Assembly: GCF_001194135.2 (NCBI RefSeq)
Contig: NC_068986.1
Coordinates: forward strand, 64,974,538 to 65,029,835
Source: Octopus bimaculoides
Taxonomy: Eukaryota
Length of the DNA: 55,298 nt
Direction of reading: 5' to 3'
The notes under the pieces are model-generated. The model saw only the letters and a list, made by a program, of their open reading frames with translations, ran no database searches and was not told where the DNA came from. Below are positions 48,421 to 55,298 of this stretch, one piece after another. Position 1 is the stretch's first letter; each line of letters opens with the position of its first letter. Made by a program: the position numbers and the translations under genes.

Positions 48421-49031
48421 TGATGTTCTCTTCACATTCCTCAAATTTTACAACGTAGAGTCAGAAATTGTAAAATACTAATTAAATGTTTCAAGAACGT
48501 GGATATTTTATTACAGTAGGTAGTGACTTTAAGATAACAAATTCCCACGATGTATCATTGGAACTGAATACAAGTCTTTATCGTCTGCGAAATAGAGTAA
48601 TATTGATCACTCTAATTCGCGATCAGTTATGCAGTGATCACTTCTGTAGAAAGGGGTGATGGTAGTTGTAATTTATGTGACATGGAGACATTTGAAATAC
48701 TGAGAGGTAAGCCTCGACTAATTAATAAATATAAGTTGTTAAACCATTGTTCATGACAATTTATTCCAATTTTTTTCTAATTTTGGCACAAAATAGGTAT
48801 ATAGAACTACACTAGAACGAAGTAGCGTTGGAAATATAGCCGCGTAGAACAATACTAAACATGTTCATGTACATTCCCACATGGGTAGACCTTTCCCTAT
48901 GGAAATAGTCCCAGGAGAAATTTCTCTTAACTGACAAATGCGTGAAAATTACAACATAGGTGCAAAATACGGTAATACGTTTATAGGCATGCATAGTGAC
49001 CCCTATACATACGCATACACACGCATGTATA

Positions 49032-49105
<74 letters not shown>

Positions 49106-49577
49106 ACACATATATATATATATGAAAAATGAATAGAGGTGACTTTGTCGGGTGGATAACTTTTATTTTAATGATAATGTTTACAGTTACATTGATGAGT
49201 TTCGAGCTTTTCGATAGCCGTTTTCAAACTGAAATTCTGTGGTTTAGAAAGTTGCTGATATAGCAAAAGATCTTTTCTTACAAGTATACAAATAAGAAAT
49301 GAAAATAGAAGATAGAAAATAAAAGATAGAAAATAAAAAAATATAAAATATAAAAATGAATATAAGAAATAATATAAGAAGTAATAAAAGTATACAAATG
49401 TAAATACAACAGCATGTGTGACAAAAGAAAAAAAGAAGAAAATAAAATAAAAAGAAAAAAAGGAAAAAGGAAAAGAAAAAAGGTGGAAAAGAAGGAAAAA
49501 AGAACACGAAGAGCCAAAGGAAGGAAGGAAGGAGGAAGGTAAAGAGTAGGAGGAAGAAGACGAAAAGTAGTCGAAAA

Positions 49578-49804
49578 TGGTTGTTGGCACTCCGTCGCTT
49601 ACGGCGTCGAGGGTTCCAGTTGATCCGATCAACGGAACAGCCTGCTCGTGAAATTAACGTGCGAGTGGCTGAGCACTCCACAGACACGTGTACCCTTAAC
49701 GTAGTTCTCGGGGATATTCAGCGTGACACAGTGTGACAAGGCTGACCCTTTGAATTACAGGCACAACAGAAACAGGAAGTAAGAGAAAGTTGTGGTGAAA
49801 GAGT
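49578..49804. mobile_element. CpG-rich, structured SINE/LINE-tail-like repeat running into an assembly gap (probably young)
   Basis: Abrupt GC/CpG-rich block with nested hairpins, e.g. gttcc-a-gttgat-ccg-atcaac-ggaac at 49613-49638. Family assignment is from recollection only. Confidence 0.45.
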
Positions 49805-50116
49805 NNNNNNNNNNNNNNNNNNNNNNNNNNNNNNNNNNNNNNNNNNNNNNNNNNNNNNNNNNNNNNNNNNNNNNNNNNNNNNNNNNNNNNNNNNNNNNNN
49901 NNNNNNNNNNNNNNNNNNNNNNNNNNNNNNNNNNNNNNNNNNNNNNNNNNNNNNNNNNNNNNNNNNNNNNNNNNNNNNNNNNNNNNNNNNNNNNNNNNNN
50001 NNNNNNNNNNNNNNNNNNNNNNNNNNNNNNNNNNNNNNNNNNNNNNNNNNNNNNNNNNNNNNNNNNNNNNNNNNNNNNNNNNNNNNNNNNNNNNNNNNNN
50101 NNNNNNNNNNNNNNNN

Positions 50117-50184
<68 letters not shown>

Positions 50185-50214
50185 ACACATATACACACAC
50201 ATGCATATATATTA

Positions 50215-50562
50215 TCATTTACATGTCTGAGTCACTGGACTGCGGCCATGCCGGAGCACCACCTTGAAGGGCTTAATCGAACAAATTAGCTCCAATACTT
50301 ATTTTAAAGCCGAGAGCTTATTGTATCAGACCATTTGACGAACTGCTAAGTTACAAGGACGTAAACAGTGTAATACCCATCCTCGAGATATGGTGGGGGG
50401 ACAAGTACAAGGACACACCCACATATACATATATTTTATATAGGACGGGCTTCTCTCAGTTTCCGTTTACCGAATCCACTCACAAAACTTTGGACAGCCC
50501 GACGCTATAGTAGAAGACACTTACTAAAGTGCTAAGCAGTGGGACTGCACCCGAAAACACGA
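50215..50562 (-). mobile_element. SINE family B copy
   Basis: gactgcggccatgccggagcaccaccttgaagg..gacgggcttctctcagtttccg..gctatagtagaagacactt..gcagtgggactg. Confidence 0.8.
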
Positions 50563-50689
50563 TAGAAATTTAAAATCAGCCTCCTATTTTAGTGACCGCA
50601 TCGCTTCAGTTATTACGTTGTATTCTTTCATAGACACAGCTTAAACCTGTAACATCTTTCGTATGTCGGAGCACTGTATATCGAAAGGA

Positions 50690-50960
50690 AACTTAAATTT
50701 TCTATCTTGCATTAGATTTCTGAATATTCTCTTTTTTTCTGATTAGAAAAATATCCATTGAAAATTTCTCGTTTAAATTAATTTTCTCGCATTTCCTGAA
50801 AGCGTGCATTTCTATTTGCTACATAACGATTTTTGGTAAAGAGTTTAACTTTATTTCTTGACTTAGAAGACAGAAAGGTGTGTATGAAATAGTCCGCCAC
50901 TGAGAATACGTAGCCGTTAACAGTGGTTTAAGAAAAATTTCAATTCCCAAAGCACCCATT
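50690..50960 (-). mobile_element. Possible RTE-like LINE C-terminal relic
   Basis: Minus frame PLLT..QWRT..EMHAFRKCEKINLNEKFS loosely matches RTE AFEMWCxRRMLKISWxEK. Confidence 0.3.
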
Positions 50961-51210
50961 TGTATATCTTTGATAAGATATTTTTCATCACGAAATATCT
51001 TAACATTATGCAAAATTGATATCTTATATAGTTTTATTACACACAAAAAAAAGAAAATTACTTGAAAGCATTTTACAGCTGCTACATGTATTCGTATTCT
51101 AATCTAAATGCTTTGCAAAACGTTTTCTCAGATCTATTCATTCTTTTTTTTCCCTCTCTAAATTTAATTTTTTTTCTCATTCCATGACTTTCCAACTCTG
51201 TATATGTACG

Positions 51211-51242
<32 letters not shown>

Positions 51243-51347
51243 CGTGTGCGCACACACACGCATACACAAAGAGTTGACTTTGGAAGAATTTAAAAATCAG
51301 AACATAAAGAGCTGCTATAAATGCCTCAACGTTTTGTCCGGACCTGA

Positions 51348-51349
<2 letters not shown>

Positions 51350-51392
<43 letters not shown>

Positions 51393-51755
51393 CCTTTCTA
51401 CCATAGGCACAAGACCTGAAATTTGGGTACTTATTTTATCGACCCCAGAAGCATGAAAAGCAAAGTTGACTTTGGCGGAATTTGAACTCAGAACGTAAAG
51501 ACGGACGAAAGGCTGCTAAGCACAATAATAATAATAATAATCCTTTCTACTATAGGCACAATGCCTGAAATTTGTGGAGTGGGGACTAGTCGATTACATC
51601 AACCCCAGTGTTTCACTTGTACTTATTCCATCGATCCCAAAAGGTTGAAAAGTAAAGTCGACTTCAGAGGAATTTGAACTCAGTATATAAAGACGGATGA
51701 AATACCACGAAGCATTTTGTCTGGTGTGCTATCGATTCTGCCAGTTCGCCACCTA
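51350..51755 (-). mobile_element. Two tandem SINE family A copies (51524-51755 near full length; 51350-51523 5'-truncated), each with an (ATT)n tail
   Basis: Both start on the plus strand with (aat)n-cctttctac(c/t)ataggcaca and carry the gaatttgaactcag B-box complement. Confidence 0.85.
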
Positions 51756-51984
51756 AATATTACAAACAGTAATAGTAATAATAACATTTAACCATTGTCC
51801 AACTGTAGTTCTGAGACCAACTTCTAGCCTTTTCTCATTTTTGAAATGGATAATGAGCAGCCCCATCTTGCTACATTGTAGGACACCTGCAGCGTGAAAG
51901 ACCTGTACTCGGTGACCCGGTTTCATGATCGTAGTTCAGGTATATTTAATTTGGTCTTTCACGTATAGAGAGGACTGTGTTGTT

Positions 51985-52439
51985 AAAGTGTTGCAGTAAT
52001 ATGCATAAAAAGAGTATAAGTGCAGGCGGAAAAAGTGTACATTCCGATGTTAGTCGAATGCGTGGATACAAAGAAGCAGAAAAGTGGTATGAACACGATT
52101 AAGGGGCTGTGATAGAGAATATTAATTGAAGGATTTTTATGGATTTTCTCCATAAAGACTCACCGTATTATTGAAGCAAGAAGTCTAGATAATATTATTG
52201 TGGACAAAGAAATACAGACATGAAGAGATTGTAAAAGACTCATATTACAATTATATCAGTGGTAACTGATGTACTTGGTAAAATGCCTAAACTGAAGGCT
52301 ATTGAAATTGAGACTAGCATTGTTGACCTCCAGAAAACTGAGTGCTGTATCAGGTAAGACTCATAAGAAACATGCTTCAGATTTGTGGAGACTTACTGTC
52401 ATAAGACCTTAAGACAACATTCCTGGTAACTAGCATATG

Positions 52440-52498
<59 letters not shown>

Positions 52499-52500
52499 GC
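51985..52500 (+). mobile_element. R4/Dong-clade LINE 3' fragment (RLE domain), degenerate, with (CTA)n tail
   Basis: GYKEAEKWYEH..(L)WDFSIKTHRIIEARSLDNIIVDKE..IETSIVDLQK, followed by (TAC)n. Confidence 0.7.
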
Positions 52501-52609
52501 TGCTGNNNNNNNNNNNNNGTGGTGGTGGTGGAGGTGGTGGTGGTGGTGGTGGTGGTGGTGGTGCTGCTGCTACTACTACTACTACTACTACTACTAATAA
52601 TAGTAATAA

Positions 52610-53690
52610 TTATACCGCCATGAATATCTGGACAGTTTCAGTGGTCAGATATAGTGCATCCGCCCTCAAATGGACTAAGGAGGAAATATCAACACTGGAT
52701 AGAAGGTCGAGAAAGTTGATGATGCTGCATAGGGCACTGCACCCTAAAGCAAACGTAAACAGACTGTATATAAGATTGGTAGCAGAGGATTAATTAGAAT
52801 AAAGCATTGCATAAGGAGTGAAAGGAGAACGCATGCCGAGTGTTTAACAAATAGTGATGAAGACTTGCTGCAATATGCCGCGAAAGATATGGATGTAAAT
52901 GCAGATGAAATGATGGGCAAGGAAGAATTTAACCAAAGAGCTGAGGAGAAGAGAAAAGAAGACCTTCTTGAAATGAGAATGCATGGACAGTTTGAAAGGA
53001 ATACACAAGACGTTAAGGATAATACAGCATCGTGGGCGTGGCTTGAGCGAGGGGACTTGAAGCGTACCACCGAAAGCCTGATCATTGCTGCACAAGACCA
53101 GGCTCTTGCTATCGATTCAATGAAGTATAACATCTGTAAAACTTCTAACACCCAGAAATGCAGACTCTATGGAAAGTGTGTGGAAAATGTGACCCACTTG
53201 GTAAGTGGATGTGAGAGTCTTGCACAAAAAGAATACAAGCACCGCCACGATAAGGTGTGCGTGTATCTTCCTTGGACTATGATTTCCAGACGGATCGTGT
53301 AATCGAACACAGTCGGCAGGATATTGTCATATTGAATAGGAGAGACAAATACTGACAGATCATTGATGTAGCCTTACCAAATGACATGAATGTTGTGAGT
53401 GAAGAGTTTTAAAAAAATCACCAAGTACTCAGAACTGAAAGTGGAAATGGCAAGACTGTATGGAATGCGAGAGGGTAATGCGATACCAGTGGTGATCAGA
53501 GCGTTGGGCTCAATCCCATTGAAACTTCCAAACTTCTTAAGGCAGCTGGAGGTTCCATGCAAGATTGATGTCTTGCAAAAAGCAACCTTATTGGGCACAG
53601 CGCACATCTTAAAGAAAGTATTATCTGTCTGAGGTCCTTGTTATGACTTGACAGAGGACTAAAGAATTCGGTGAATTTTTACCTACACTG
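52610..53690 (+). mobile_element. R4/Dong-clade LINE 3' fragment (thumb, zinc knuckle, RLE), best-preserved copy
   Basis: WTVSVVRYSA..LDRRSRKLM..LHPKANVNRLY; HGQFER..WLERGDLKRTTESLIIAAQDQAL..CRL..ENVTHLVSGC..QKEYKHRHDKV (52865-53302); KYSELKVE..IPVVIRALGSIP..LQKATLLGTAHILKKVLSV* (53399-53632). Confidence 0.9.
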
Positions 53691-53694
53691 TGTT

Positions 53695-54395
53695 ATGTAG
53701 GAATAATGATAAAGCAAGACATGACAGAGTCGGCCAGTATTTACACTGGACAATACGTCGGGATTATAAAATCAAAACCGCTGACAAATGGTATAAACAC
53801 CATCCTGAAGCTGTGACTGAGGAAGAAAATGTGTCGATTCTCTGGGATTCCCCGTACATACCGACAAAACTATAAAAGCTAATAAATCGGATATTATTAT
53901 AAAAGATCAGACAAAAAAGATGTGTTTATTAAAATGACATGAGTATTCCTTGCGATCAAAATATAGCGGCGAAAGAATTTGACAAGATCAGTAAATATAA
54001 AGACTTGCTAATAGAAATTGAAAAAATGTGACATCTCAAGGCAACTACCGTACCAGTGATTGTAGGATCTCTAGGAATGATAACAAAAAAAAAAAGGTAC
54101 TGAAACCTATTTGAAAATCATACCAGGCCTACTATCACTACAGGAAGTGCAAAAAATCTTGTTAACTGGAACGACTCATGTACTTATCGCTGTGAAAAGA
54201 ACATCCATTCATGAATTTATTTATCTATTAATTTTTTTAAATACATATTTTACCTGTGAATTTGCGTGTGTAAACTGGGAATGCATATAATGAGCTTCTC
54301 TGCCCTAGGTGTACGGAAAACATTTGGCGAGAAATGGAAGAAAATTTGAAGAAAGAAGAAAAAAGAAAACGTAGTAATAATAATAGTAGTAACTA
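53695..54395 (+). mobile_element. Third R4/Dong-clade LINE 3' fragment (different subfamily) with TAA-type tail
   Basis: RHDRVGQYLHWTI..KWYKHHPEAV..ILWD..ANKSDIIIKD..DMSIPCDQNIAAKEFDKISKYKDLLIEIEKM..VPVIVGSLG..QEVQKILLTGTTHVL; 3' UTR ends gtaataataatagtagtaac. Confidence 0.85.
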
Positions 54396-54447
54396 ATTGG
54401 ATCCGTGCTGGTGCCATGAGAAATGTTTCTATATTGTGACGGTTAAA

Positions 54448-54660
54448 GGCGACGAGTTGGCAGAATCGTTAGCATGCCGGGCGAAATGCTTATCGGTATT
54501 TCATCTGTCTTTAAGTTCTGAGTTCAAATTCTGCGAGGTTGACTTTTCCTTTCATCTTTTCGGAGTCAATAAATTAAGTACCAGTTGTGTACTGAGGTTG
54601 GTCTAAACGACTGGCTCCCTCCCACCCCAAAATTTCAGGACTTGTGCCTATAGTAGAAAC
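54448..54660 (+). mobile_element. SINE family A copy
   Basis: ggcgacgagttggcagaatcgttagcatgccggg..gagttcaaattc..aagtaccagt..aaatttcaggacttgtgcctatagtagaaa. Confidence 0.85.
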
Positions 54661-54828
54661 GTATATTGCGACAGTTACAGAATATAGAAAGTGTAAAACC
54701 GATAACTATATAATCCAACCAAAATATTTCAGTTACGCAAACGTAAATAGAATTACAATTCAGCCTTAAAATACATCGTGCACATTCAGAGAACCCTCTT
54801 GGTTTAGTGGTACGGAACGTTTTCCTCG

Positions 54829-54905
54829 TATTCTCTTATTCCTTTACTTGTTTCAGTCATTTGACAGTGGCCATGCTGGAGCACCACCCTTTAGTCGAAG
54901 AAATT
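54829..54905 (-). mobile_element. SINE family B tail fragment
   Basis: tttacttgtttcagtcatttgacagtggccatgctggagcacc. Confidence 0.75.
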
Positions 54906-55298
54906 ATATATTCTATATATATATATATATATATTCTACATATATATACCCCCATACCCACAGTTTACACAGGTAGAGTACAATAGTTAGTGAGCTATTA
55001 TGTAGATAGATGTATGTATGTATGTGTGTGTGGGTGTAGGTGTGGGTGTATGTATAAATGTGTATATGTACATGTATGTAAGCATGTCGATATGAAAATA
55101 AACAGATCAACATACAGATGGATAGGCACATAGGTTATATGAACAGACAGGCATATATATGCAAATGGAGACTGAAACACATGACCATATATACACACAC
55201 ACTTTACTACACACAAGGACATATGGAGAATGTGTCCACACATATGGAGATGCACATTCATACATACAAAACACGGTACATAGTTGCAAAACACACAC

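Overview
AT-rich, microsatellite-dense, N-gapped eukaryotic genomic DNA. It is not prokaryotic: I saw no operons, CRISPR arrays, rRNA or intact tRNA genes. The recurring tRNA-derived SINE families and the (CA)/(TA)/(AAT) density look like a coleoid cephalopod, probably Octopus; this is inferred from pattern recognition, not from a database search. The window is essentially a transposon graveyard. DNA elements: Tc1, two mariners, a mariner MITE, a DD37D maT element, an internally deleted Helitron, a ZMYM1/DUF4371-type hAT relic, and a 2999-bp Buster-type hAT with perfect 16-bp TIRs and a perfect 8-bp TSD. Retroelements: six R4/Dong-type RLE LINE fragments (five of them in two head-to-tail arrays joined by trinucleotide microsatellites), CR1-like and RTE-like relics, a Penelope RT relic, and about 15 SINE copies of two main families. 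No host protein-coding gene could be confidently identified; there is one weak terminal-exon candidate at 5763-5953 (-). Most ORF-track entries are microsatellite, N-gap or antisense artefacts. The most interesting observation is a chimeric element at 33647-33935 that joins a tRNA-derived Pol III head, an (AAT)n linker and a Penelope-type tail carrying a minimal hammerhead-ribozyme core, reminiscent of schistosome SMalpha or retrozymes. Coordinates of degenerate elements are approximate.
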